From: an uncultured Gemmatimonadales bacterium
Lineage (GTDB): Bacteria; Gemmatimonadota; Gemmatimonadetes; Gemmatimonadales; GWC2-71-9
Assembly (NCBI GenBank): GCA_963728915.1
Contig: CAVSLV010000001.1
Coordinates: forward strand, 640,001-704,000
Direction of reading: 5' to 3'
DNA: 64,000 nucleotides
This document shows positions 48,712-58,403 of the stretch, piece after piece. Numbering within the stretch: the first letter of the stretch is position 1; every line of letters begins with the position of its first letter. A program made the translations under genes and the position numbers. The notes below the pieces were generated by a model. It was not told where the DNA came from. It saw only the letters and a program-made list of their open reading frames with translations, and did no database searches.

Positions 48712-50407
48712 ATGCGAAAGACAGCTTTTCTCCCTGTAGTGCTCAGCATAGCCCTGGTCGGCGCATCCGGGGACGCTCCGGCGCCCCCGTTCAGCGTGGT
48801 CGAAGCGTCCATCGCCGACATGCGCACAGCGCTGGAGCAGGGCCGGGTGACCTCGCACGAGCTGGTCCAGCAGTACCTCACCAGGATGGCGCTCTACGAG
48901 GACAAGCTGAACGGAATCATTACGGTGAACCCGAAGGCGCTGGAGATCGCGGACGAGCGCGACCGGGAGCGCCGGGAGAAGAAGATCCGGGGGCCCGCTG
49001 CATGGCATCCCGATCGCCCTCAAGGACAACATCCAGACGACCGATATGCCCACGACGGGCGGAGCGCTCGCGTTCGATGGACTGGTTCCTCCCTACGAAG
49101 CGACGCTCACCAGGAATCTGCGAGAGGCCGGCGCGATCATCATCGCGAAGACCAGCCTGACCGAGCTGGCCAACTGGGTGGCGAGCGGGATGCCCGCCAA
49201 CTACAACGGCCTGGTCGGGTATTCGATGAATCCTTACGACCCGCGGCGGGATCCCCGGGAGCAGACGTTCGACGGACGACCGGTCATGTTCACCGGCGGA
49301 TCCAGCTCCGGCGTAGGCACCAACGTGAGCTTCTGGGCGGCCAACGTGGGCACCGAGACCTCGGGCTCGATCCTGAGTCCTTCAAATCAGAACATGCTGG
49401 TGGGGATCAAGCCGACGGTGGGGCGGGTGAGCCGCTACGGCGTGATTCCCATTACCGCGGATCAGGACACCCCGGGCCCGATGGCGCGGACCGTCTCCGA
49501 CGCGGCCATCATGCTCGGCGCGCTCGAAGGGGCGCACCCGGACTCCAACGATTCGGCCACCACGAAATGCCCGCCCCCGCCGGGCCGGGACTACACCAGG
49601 TTCCTCAAGCTCGACGCGCTGAAGGGCGCCCGGATCGGCATCCCGAGGGCGGGATACTACGACACGGTGACCGTTCCGGGTGGTCGTGAGCCGCGACGCG
49701 GCTTGCCTGAGCCGATTGCGAAACTGATGGCCGACGCGATCGAAGTGCTCAAGGCCCAGGGCGCGGTCGTCGTCGATCCCGCCAATATCCCGAGCGTCCT
49801 GGCCCAGGATCCCGCCGAGAACCTCTTCCTCTGGAATACCTGCGGGGGATTGGACAACGGCAAGGGACGGGACGCCGACTGCTCGATCACCTTCAAGTAC
49901 GGGATGAAGCGCGACTTCAATGCCTGGCTCAAATCGCTGGGCAAGGCGGCGCCGGTCAAGACCCTGACCGAGCTTCGCCAGTGGAACATCGCGCATCAGC
50001 GCGCCGGGGCGATCAAATACGGCCAGGCTCTGCTCGACATCTCCGACGAGATGGACGTGCAAGCCGACCGGGGCCGCTATCGAATCGACCGGGAAAAGGA
50101 CATTCGCCTGGCCGGCACCAACGGGATCGACTCGGCGATGAAGATGCACCGGCTCGATGCGTTGCTTTTTCCCGGCGGCAATGGCGCCGGGATCGCCGCG
50201 CGGCCCGGCTACCCCACCGTGATCGTGCCCTTCGGGACGATCCCGAACGGAAATCCTCAGAGTTTTCCCGCCGGCTTCGATCCGAAGCCCCAGCCGTTCG
50301 GGGTCGCCTTCACCGGGATGGCGTGCAGCGAGCCGAAGCTGATCGCGTTGGCCTACGCGTTCGAGCAGGCGACCAGGCGCCGGGTGCCTCCGTCGCTCTT
50401 TCCCTGA
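48712..50407 (+). CDS. Secreted amidase-signature enzyme; apparent +1 frameshift at about 48989-48996
   Basis: Removing one base restores KIRGPLHGIPIALKDNI and joins the ORFs. GGSSSG and GTETSGSI signatures present. Confidence 0.88.
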
Positions 50408-50414
50408 TCCTGGG

Positions 50415-51410
50415 GTGACCGGTCGGGGAATTCTTCACGTCACCAATGGGGATTCCGCCGGCGGAACCCTCCGTCAGGCCGGCATCCCGGGCACCGTTGT
50501 GGCCTGGGCGGATGTGCTGCACGAAGGGCCGGTGCCACCCGACGACGACCTGAACGGCTGGCTCGAGGTCAGGGCGCGGTTCATCGCGGGGGCAGGCTGG
50601 GAATCCGTCGAGCGGGCGCGTGCGGTCCAGCAGGAATGGGCCAGGACGCTCGGCGGGTTCGCCGATTACAACGAAGTCGTGTTCTGGTTCGAGCACGACC
50701 TGTTCGATCAGCTCCTGCTGATCCGGCATCTCGCCTGGCTCGGCCGGCAGACCCGGGGTAACACGTCCATCCGGCTCATTTGCATCGGCAGCTATCCGGG
50801 GATTCCGCGCTTCATCGGGCTCGGGCAGCTCACCCCGGAGCAGCTCGCGCCGCTCTTCGAGACCCGTCAGGATGTCACCGCAACGCAATACGAGGTGGCG
50901 CGACGGGCCTGGAGCGCCTTCACCGGGTCCGAACCCACCGGGTTGGAAGCGGTGACCTCGGGCGAGACCGCGAGCCTTCCCTTTCTCGGCTCCGCGCTGC
51001 GACGTTTTCTGGAAGAGTATCCCGACCTTCGGACCGGTTTGCCCCGGACCGAACGCCACGTGCTGGAGTGCCTGGAGGGGCAGCCTCTCTCCCCCGGAGA
51101 GCTCTTTCGCCGCTACTCCGGCCGGGAGGAGGCGCCCTTCATGGGCGACACGGTCCTGTGGGACCGGCTCGAGGCGCTGGCGAGGGATCCTAACCCGCTT
51201 GTCGCCCTGGCGGGGGAGTCGCCTCCGGCTTCCGGCCGGTTCGGCCAGGCGCGGATCACCCCCGCCGGCCGGGCCGTCCTGGCAGCGCAGGCCGACTGGC
51301 TCGACCTCCATCCGCTGGATCGATGGCTCGGAGGCGTCCATCTCCATCCCGGCGCCCCTGCCTGGCGCTGGGACCCCACCACAGCGCGTCTGGTCCGGTC
51401 AAGCCCCTGA
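50415..51410 (+). CDS. DUF1835-like protein
   Basis: LHVTNGDS, WADVLHEGPV, WFEHDLFDQL and DRWLGGV. Confidence 0.7.
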   Translation: MTGRGILHVTNGDSAGGTLRQAGIPGTVVAWADVLHEGPVPPDDDLNGWLEVRARFIAGAGWESVERARAVQQEWARTLGGFADYNEVVFWFEHDLFDQLLLIRHLAWLGRQTRGNTSIRLICIGSYPGIPRFIGLGQLTPEQLAPLFETRQDVTATQYEVARRAWSAFTGSEPTGLEAVTSGETASLPFLGSALRRFLEEYPDLRTGLPRTERHVLECLEGQPLSPGELFRRYSGREEAPFMGDTVLWDRLEALARDPNPLVALAGESPPASGRFGQARITPAGRAVLAAQADWLDLHPLDRWLGGVHLHPGAPAWRWDPTTARLVRSSP

Positions 51411-51479
51411 TGTGTTGAAGGCTCGCGCCGGGCCGTCAACCCCATTGTCAGCTGTTTTCCCACCGCCCGGGAGGCCGTC

Positions 51480-53273
51480 ATGCGCCAAACCGTCAGCGAT
51501 TTCATTCTGGACCGGCTCGGCGAATGGGGCATCAAGCGGATCTTCGGATTCCCCGGTGACGGCATCAACGGGATGTTCGTCGCCCTGGAACGCGCCGGCG
51601 ACCGGTTTGAGCTGGTCCGGGTCAGTCATGAAGAGGCTGCCGCCTTCATGGCCTGCGCCCACGCGAAGTTCACCGGAGAAGTCGGCGTGTGCCTCGCGAC
51701 TTCGGGGCCCGGCGCGATCCACCTCCTGAACGGGCTCTACGACGCGAAAATGGACCACCAGCCGGTGGTCGCGATCGTGGGGCAGCAGTCGCGCACCTCG
51801 CTGGGCGGATCGTTCCAGCAGGAAGTGGATCTCACCACGCTCTATAAGGACGTGGCCGGCGAATACGTCCACATGATCGCCGACGCGGCGGCCGCTCGTC
51901 ACGTGACCGACCGCGCGATCCGGATCGCGAAATCCGAGCGAACCGTGACCTGCATCATCCTTCCCAATGACGTGCAGGAGCTCGCCGCAGTCGAGTCGCC
52001 CCCGAGAGAACACGGATCCACCTTTTCCGGCGTCGGGGTCAGCACCCCGCGGGTGATCCCGACCGAAGGGGATCTGGCGCAGGCCGCACAGATTCTGAAC
52101 GAAGGCGAGCGGGTAGCCATGCTGGTCGGCGCCGGCGCGCTCGGCGCCGAGGCGGAGGTACTCGAAATCGCCGACGTGCTCGGCGCCGGGATCGCGAAGG
52201 CCCTCCTGGGCAAGGCGGTGGTGCCGGACACGCTGCCCCACGTGACCGGTTCGATCGGGCTGCTGGGCACCCGCCCGAGTTATGAGATGATGATGCAGTG
52301 CGACACCCTGCTCATGGTGGGATCGAGCTTTCCGTACTCCGAGTTTCTTCCCCGGCAGGGCGCGGCGCGCGGGGTACAGATCGACATCGATCCCCGGATG
52401 ATCGGGCTCCGCTATCCCATGGAGATGAACCTGGTCGGCGACGCCAAGGAATCGCTGCGGAGTCTGCTCCCCTTCCTGCGGCGGAAGGAGGATCGGTCCT
52501 GGCGCGGGCAGATCGAGCGCAACGTCGCCGAATCCTGGAAGGTGCTCGAGGCCCGGGCCATGACCGAGGCCAACCCCATCAACCCCGAGCGGGTCTTCTG
52601 GGAGCTGTCCTCGCGCCTCCCCGATCGCTGTATCCTGACTTCGGATTCCGGCACCAGCGCGACCTGGTGGGCCCGCGACCTCCGGATCCGCTCCGGCATG
52701 ATGGCGACGCTGAGCGGGAACCTGGCCACCATGTGCCCGGGGGTGCCCTACGCCATCGCGGCGAAGTTCGCCCATCCCGACCGGGTGGTCATCGCGGCGG
52801 TGGGCGACGGCGCCATGCAGATGCTGGGGATCAACGATCTGATCACCATCTCGCGGTACTGGAAGGACTGGGCCGATCCGCGGCTCATCGTGCTGGTCCT
52901 CAACAACGGGGACCTCAACATGGTGACCTGGGAGATGCGGGTATTCACCGGCAATCCCAAGTACGAAGCCTCTCAGCTGGTGCCGCCGTTCCCCTATGCG
53001 GGTTATGCCGAGCTGCTGGGTCTCAAGGGCATCCGGGTGGAGGATCCCGAACGGCTCGGCGCGGCCTGGGACCAGGCGCTTGCCGCGGATCGCCCGGTGG
53101 TCCTCGAGGCGGTGGTAGATCCCGACGTGCCGCCCCTCCCTCCGCACCTGACCCTGGAACAGGCCAGGGAATTCACGGCGATGCTGGTGCGTGGGGATCC
53201 CGATCGCGCCGGCATCATCCGGCAAACTGTGCGCGAGGTGGTCGGGACCATCAAAGGGAAGATCAGCGGATAA
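51480..53273 (+). CDS. Thiamine pyrophosphate-requiring enzyme (pyruvate oxidase/PoxB-like family)
   Basis: FGFPGDGIN, HEEAAAFMA, TSGPGAIHLLNGLYDA and the TPP motif GDGAMQM..LNN. Confidence 0.92.
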   Translation: MRQTVSDFILDRLGEWGIKRIFGFPGDGINGMFVALERAGDRFELVRVSHEEAAAFMACAHAKFTGEVGVCLATSGPGAIHLLNGLYDAKMDHQPVVAIVGQQSRTSLGGSFQQEVDLTTLYKDVAGEYVHMIADAAAARHVTDRAIRIAKSERTVTCIILPNDVQELAAVESPPREHGSTFSGVGVSTPRVIPTEGDLAQAAQILNEGERVAMLVGAGALGAEAEVLEIADVLGAGIAKALLGKAVVPDTLPHVTGSIGLLGTRPSYEMMMQCDTLLMVGSSFPYSEFLPRQGAARGVQIDIDPRMIGLRYPMEMNLVGDAKESLRSLLPFLRRKEDRSWRGQIERNVAESWKVLEARAMTEANPINPERVFWELSSRLPDRCILTSDSGTSATWWARDLRIRSGMMATLSGNLATMCPGVPYAIAAKFAHPDRVVIAAVGDGAMQMLGINDLITISRYWKDWADPRLIVLVLNNGDLNMVTWEMRVFTGNPKYEASQLVPPFPYAGYAELLGLKGIRVEDPERLGAAWDQALAADRPVVLEAVVDPDVPPLPPHLTLEQAREFTAMLVRGDPDRAGIIRQTVREVVGTIKGKISG

Positions 53274-53278
53274 CCACG

Positions 53279-54373
53279 ATGACGGGCCCCGCGATCGATC
53301 GGGTCGAGGCGGCCGCCTATCGGATCCCGACCGACCAGCCGGAGGCGGACGGGACGTTGTCGTGGAACGCCACCACGATGGTCGTGGTGCACGCCGAGGC
53401 GGGAAGCCAGCGCGGCTTCGGGTACAGCTATGGCAGCGCCGCGGCGGTGTCCCTCATTCACCAGGAGCTGATCAAGACGCTCATCGGCCTCCCGGCCTGG
53501 TCGGTCGAGGGGGCCTGGAGCGCAATGCTTCGGCAGGTGCGGAACATCGGCCGCTCCGGAGTGGCGGCCAGCGCCATCTCCGCAATCGACGTAGCACTCT
53601 GGGACCTCAAGGCCCGGCTCTGCGGCATCCCGTTAGTCGCCCTGCTCGGCGAGGTCCGCCGGGCGACTCCGGTCTACGGCAGCGGGGGATTCACCAGCTA
53701 TTCGGTCGAGCGGCTCTGCGATCAGCTCGAGGGATGGGTTGCTCAGGGCATTCCGAGCGTCAAGATGAAGGTGGGCTCCTGCCCGGAACAGGACCCGGCC
53801 CGGGTGAGAGCGGCCCGTCGCGCCATCGGGGATGCCGCCGACCTCATGGTGGACGCGAACGGCGCGTATCGTCCTGCCCAGGCCATCACGATGGCAGCGG
53901 TCTTTGGCGAGGCCGGGGTGTCCTGGTTCGAAGAGCCGGTGTCCTCGGACCACCTCGAGGAGATGCGAGCGGTACGGTCAGGAGTGCCGCGGGGGATGGC
54001 AGTTGCCGCGGGCGAATACGCCTGGGACTGGTTCGATGTTCGGCGCCTTCTTGAATCCGGCGCGATCGACGTTCTGCAAATCGATGCGACTCGGTGTCTT
54101 GGCATCACCGGATTCATGGGAGCGGCGCGGCTCTGCCAGGCCTACGGGATGCCGCTCTCGACCCACACCGCCCCAACGCTGCACGCGGTTCTGGGAGCCG
54201 CGGCCACCCCGGTCATTCACCTGGAATACTTCCATGACCACGCCCGCATCGAAGAGATGCTTCTCGAGGGATTCCGGGTCCCGGAGCGGGGAGCGCTCGC
54301 GCCCGGTCGAGGGGCGCCAGGCATCGGGTTCGCATTGAAGTCTCAGGAGGCCCAGCGCTATGCCGTCGCCTAG
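53279..54373 (+). CDS. Mandelate racemase/muconate-lactonizing enolase-superfamily protein
   Basis: SAIDVALWDL, KMK, MVDANG, WFEEP and AGE. Confidence 0.9.
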   Translation: MTGPAIDRVEAAAYRIPTDQPEADGTLSWNATTMVVVHAEAGSQRGFGYSYGSAAAVSLIHQELIKTLIGLPAWSVEGAWSAMLRQVRNIGRSGVAASAISAIDVALWDLKARLCGIPLVALLGEVRRATPVYGSGGFTSYSVERLCDQLEGWVAQGIPSVKMKVGSCPEQDPARVRAARRAIGDAADLMVDANGAYRPAQAITMAAVFGEAGVSWFEEPVSSDHLEEMRAVRSGVPRGMAVAAGEYAWDWFDVRRLLESGAIDVLQIDATRCLGITGFMGAARLCQAYGMPLSTHTAPTLHAVLGAAATPVIHLEYFHDHARIEEMLLEGFRVPERGALAPGRGAPGIGFALKSQEAQRYAVA

Positions 54374-57362
54374 AGTGGCGCCACCGGCCTTCGTGCGCGA
54401 CCTCTCCGCCCTGGTGCGAGGTGAGGTGCGGTTCGATGCCGGAACCCGCGCCACGTACTCGACCGACGCCTCCAACTATCGCCAGATCCCGCTTGGGGTG
54501 GTGATCCCGCGCGACGCGGAGGATGTCCGGGCCACGGTGGCGCTCTGCCGGGCGCATGGAGTCCCGATCACTTCCAGAGGGGGAGGCACCTCCCTGGCGG
54601 GACAATCCTGCAACGTGGGAGTGATCCTCGACCACTCCAAGTACTTCAACCGGGTCCTGTCCATCGATGGGACGGCCCGCACCGCGCAGGTGGAACCTGG
54701 CTGTGTACTCGACGACCTCAGGAAGGCGGCCACCGAACGGGCCGGCCTCACGTTCGGTCCCGACCCCGCCACCCACAATCGGAATACCCTGGGTGGCATG
54801 ATCGGCAACAATTCCTGCGGGATCCATTCGGTCCTGTCCGCGTGTTATGGCCCCGGGCCGCTCACCCGGCATCAGGTCCTGGAGCTGGACGTCCTCACCT
54901 ATGACGGGCAGCGGTTCAAGGTGGGCCCGACGCCGGAACGGGAGCTGGCCGGGATTATCTCGCTCGGCGGCCGGCGAGGAGAGATCTATGCCGGACTGGC
55001 CCGGCTCCGGGATCGCTATGGCGACGAGATCCGGAAGCGCTATCCATCGATTCCCCGGCGGGTCTCCGGCTACAACCTCGACGCGCTTCTGCCCGAGCAA
55101 GGGTTCAATGTGGCGGCCGCGCTGGTGGGCACCGAGGGCACTTGTGTGGTCGTGCTGGGAGCGACCCTGCGGCTCATCGACCCGCGCCCCGAGCGGGTGC
55201 TGGTGGTGCTGGGATACCCAGACGTCTACCGCGCGGCCGATCACGTCCCGGAGATCATGGAGCGCCGTCCAGTCGGGCTCGAGGGACTCGATGACGAGCT
55301 GATCGAGTACCTGAAGAAGAAGCATCGCAGGGAGGAAGACATCCGGATGCTCCCGGAAGGGAAGGGCTGGCTCCTGGTGGAGTTCGGCGCCGATGGGCGG
55401 GACGAGGCACTGGAACAGGCCCGCGGAATGATGCGGGACCTCCAAACCACCAGGAATCCTCCCAGCATGAAGCTCTTCGACGACCCCGGCCAGGCCGCCC
55501 GGTTGTGGGAAGTCCGGGAATCGGGCCTGGGCGCCACGGCCCACGTTCCGGGACTCGGACGCACCCATCCGGGATGGGAGGATTCGGCGGTCCCGCCGGC
55601 GAGCCTGGGCGCGTATCTCAGGGAGTTCCGCAGCCTGCTGGAGGAGTTCGGATATCACGCGGCGCTCTATGGCCACTTCGGACAGGGTTGCCTGCATTGC
55701 CGGATCGACTTCGACCTCGCAACCGAATCCGGAGTGCAGAAATGGAAGGAGTTCCTGGAGCGGGCGGCCGATCTCGTGCTGCGGCACGGCGGATCGTTCT
55801 CCGGCGAGCACGGTGATGGACAGGCCAGGGGATGGCTCCTCCCCCGGATGTATGGCGCTGATTTGGTCAATGCCTTTCGCGAGTTCAAGGCATTGTGGGA
55901 CCCGGAATGGAAGATGAACCCGGGCAAGGTCGTGGATCCGCTTCCGGTGGATCACGACCTTCGCGAAGGGCCGAATGCACAACGCCCGGACCCGAAGACC
56001 TGGTTTGGCTTCGCCCGCGACCAGGGATCGTTCTTCGGAGCGGCAGCGCGCTGCGTCGGGGTGGGGGAGTGCCGGCGCACCCACCAGGGCACGATGTGTC
56101 CAAGCTACATGGTCACCCGGGAGGAAAAGCACTCGACCCGGGGCAGGGCACGCCTGCTCTTTGAAATGCTGCAGGGCGAGGTGATTCGCGAGGGCTGGCG
56201 CTCGCCCGAGGTCCGGGAAGCTCTCGACTTGTGTCTGGCCTGCAAAGGCTGCAAGGCCGATTGCCCGGTGCAGGTGGACATGGCCACGTACAAGGCCGAA
56301 TTCCTGTCGCACTACTACCAGGGCCGACTCCGCCCGCGCACTGCGTATGCATCCTCGCTGATCTTCTGGTGGGCGAGACTGGCATCGCCCCTTGCTCCCC
56401 TCGTCAATGCCCTGGGCAGGAATGTGATCACGGGGGGGCTCGCCAAGAAGGTCGCCGGATTTGCTCCGGAGCGGCAATTACCGACCCTCGCCCGACCGAC
56501 TCTTCGGCGCTGGTTCCGGAATCGTCGGCCTGAACGCCGGGGCGGCCGTGGGTCGCGCGTGGTTCTCTGGCCCGACACCTTCACGAACTACCTGCGGCCA
56601 GAAAGTGGGCAGGCCGCAGTCGCGGTCCTCGAGCATCTGGGGTATCGAGTCGAGCTCCCTCCCCGTCCCCTCTGTTGTGGGAGGCCCCTCTATGACTGGG
56701 GGATGCTCCGCCTCGCGCGGAGGTGGTGGACCCGCAATCTGGAGGTCCTGGAACCGTATCTGCGGGCCGGCATTCCCATTGTCGGGCTGGAGCCGAGTTG
56801 TGTCGCGTCATTCCGGGATGAGCTGCCGGGATTGTTCCCCGACCGGCCGGAGGCCAGGCAGCTTTCCCGCCAGACGCTGCTCCTCAGCGAATTTCTCGAT
56901 CGCGAAGGCCTCGAGCTTCCGAGGGTGGCCGCCAGAGCCCTCGTGCATCGGCACTGCCATCACCACGCGGTGCTGGGGTTCGAGCCCGAAGAACGGATCC
57001 TTGCCAAGGTCGGGCTCGACTACGAAATACTCGATTCCGGCTGCTGCGGGATGGCCGGGGCGTTCGGGTTCGAGCGCGAGAAGTATGAAGTCTCGGTGGC
57101 ATGCGCCGAACGGGTGCTGCTGCCCGCGATTCGGAAGGCGGATCCCGGGACCCTGGTGATCGCGGACGGTTTCAGCTGTCGCGAGCAGGTCCGCCAGCTT
57201 CTGGGCTGGGAGCCCATGCATCTGGCCGAGGTGATCGCGCTGGCGGTCGAGCAGCAGGAGACGCCTAGTGATGGGACCGGCGGCGCCATAACCCGGCCCC
57301 GGCGGCCACCAGCGCGAGCGCCGCGACGGAAATCGCACGCGGGTGAAGCGAAGCCCAGATGA
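54360..57362 (+). CDS. FAD-linked oxidase with 4Fe-4S and CCG domains (GlcD/GlcF-fusion, YdiJ-like)
   Basis: RGGGTSLAGQ, GGMIGNN, SGEHGDG, CVGVGEC, CLACKGCKADCP and two CCG motifs. Confidence 0.92.
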   Translation: MPSPRVAPPAFVRDLSALVRGEVRFDAGTRATYSTDASNYRQIPLGVVIPRDAEDVRATVALCRAHGVPITSRGGGTSLAGQSCNVGVILDHSKYFNRVLSIDGTARTAQVEPGCVLDDLRKAATERAGLTFGPDPATHNRNTLGGMIGNNSCGIHSVLSACYGPGPLTRHQVLELDVLTYDGQRFKVGPTPERELAGIISLGGRRGEIYAGLARLRDRYGDEIRKRYPSIPRRVSGYNLDALLPEQGFNVAAALVGTEGTCVVVLGATLRLIDPRPERVLVVLGYPDVYRAADHVPEIMERRPVGLEGLDDELIEYLKKKHRREEDIRMLPEGKGWLLVEFGADGRDEALEQARGMMRDLQTTRNPPSMKLFDDPGQAARLWEVRESGLGATAHVPGLGRTHPGWEDSAVPPASLGAYLREFRSLLEEFGYHAALYGHFGQGCLHCRIDFDLATESGVQKWKEFLERAADLVLRHGGSFSGEHGDGQARGWLLPRMYGADLVNAFREFKALWDPEWKMNPGKVVDPLPVDHDLREGPNAQRPDPKTWFGFARDQGSFFGAAARCVGVGECRRTHQGTMCPSYMVTREEKHSTRGRARLLFEMLQGEVIREGWRSPEVREALDLCLACKGCKADCPVQVDMATYKAEFLSHYYQGRLRPRTAYASSLIFWWARLASPLAPLVNALGRNVITGGLAKKVAGFAPERQLPTLARPTLRRWFRNRRPERRGGRGSRVVLWPDTFTNYLRPESGQAAVAVLEHLGYRVELPPRPLCCGRPLYDWGMLRLARRWWTRNLEVLEPYLRAGIPIVGLEPSCVASFRDELPGLFPDRPEARQLSRQTLLLSEFLDREGLELPRVAARALVHRHCHHHAVLGFEPEERILAKVGLDYEILDSGCCGMAGAFGFEREKYEVSVACAERVLLPAIRKADPGTLVIADGFSCREQVRQLLGWEPMHLAEVIALAVEQQETPSDGTGGAITRPRRPPARAPRRKSHAGEAKPR

Positions 57363-58278
57363 ACGGACTCCGCGCCCGGGCGTCACGATCGAAGGCGCCA
57401 TGGGCCCCCCGATCGCCGGAGAGCGGGGCGTCGAGGTTGTCGGCCCGCCGTCGCGGCACCTCACTGGTCTGCTGTCCGGACCAGGCCATGTCGCCCAGGT
57501 AACGGTCCAGCCTTGCGGGAATCACCCGCTCGCCCAGGATCGCCTTCCAGGTGCTCCACCCCACCCAATGCTCCCGGTGCGGATGATGGATGGCGCGGAC
57601 GATTGCCCTGGCGATGAGCTCGGGCTGGAAGACCGGCGGCACCGGGTAGGGGTGCTTGGGGAGTTTGTTCCGCACGACGTCGAACTGCGGCGTGTTCACG
57701 GCGGGAAGCTGCACCATGGTGATTCTGATGGCGCTGCCTTCATGGCTCAGCTCGCAGCGCAAGGCATCCGTGAACCCCCGGATCGCCGCTTTACTGGCGC
57801 AGTAGGCGCTCTGAAGCGGGATCGATCGATAGGCGAGGGCCGAGCCGACTTGCACGATCACGCCCGCCTTGCGCCGCCGCATGTGGTGCAGCGCGGCGAG
57901 CGTCCCATGCACGTACCCGAGGTAATTGACTTCAGTAACCCGGCGGAACTCCGCCGGGGTGATCTGATCGGTCGGGGCGAATACGCTCACCATCGCATTG
58001 TTGATCCAGGCGTCGAGCCGTCCCCAACGCGCCACGATGGTGTCGGCCGCCTTGCGGACCTCGTCCGGATCCGAAACGTCCAGCGGGAATACCATGGCCT
58101 TGGAGCCCGCGTCGGCCACTTCGCGCGAGGCGCCGCTCAGACCGTCCTCTCCCCGGGCGATCAGCCCGAGCCGCCATCCCTCCCGGGCGAGTTGACGCAC
58201 CACCGCCCGGCCGACGCCGCTCGTGGCGCCGGTAATGATCGCGACGGGTTGCACGAGACTTTCCTGTGATCTCATCAT
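57265..58278 (-). CDS. SDR family oxidoreductase with a C-terminal membrane anchor
   Basis: TGATSGVG, NNA, YCASK and PAVNTPQF. Confidence 0.9.
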   Translation of the reverse strand: MMRSQESLVQPVAIITGATSGVGRAVVRQLAREGWRLGLIARGEDGLSGASREVADAGSKAMVFPLDVSDPDEVRKAADTIVARWGRLDAWINNAMVSVFAPTDQITPAEFRRVTEVNYLGYVHGTLAALHHMRRRKAGVIVQVGSALAYRSIPLQSAYCASKAAIRGFTDALRCELSHEGSAIRITMVQLPAVNTPQFDVVRNKLPKHPYPVPPVFQPELIARAIVRAIHHPHREHWVGWSTWKAILGERVIPARLDRYLGDMAWSGQQTSEVPRRRADNLDAPLSGDRGAHGAFDRDARARSPFIWASLHPRAISVAALALVAAGAGLWRRRSHH

Positions 58279-58403
58279 TGGGGTGACCCGGAATGGCGGT
58301 TCGCCCTGCACACTCCAGGGCGGGCCTGTGATTTACTTTCGTGCAAAAACCAGGTGGGGCCTCGTCCCTCCAACGGGGCCAGACTTCAGGGGAGGAGAAC
58401 AGC

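Noticed and set aside
52298..53278. Long N-terminal extension of the enolase ORF (and likewise 61712-62371 of ActF, 40137-40754 of the FAD enzyme)
   Set aside because: The extensions overlap neighbouring real genes in other frames. Family similarity begins at the downstream ATG.
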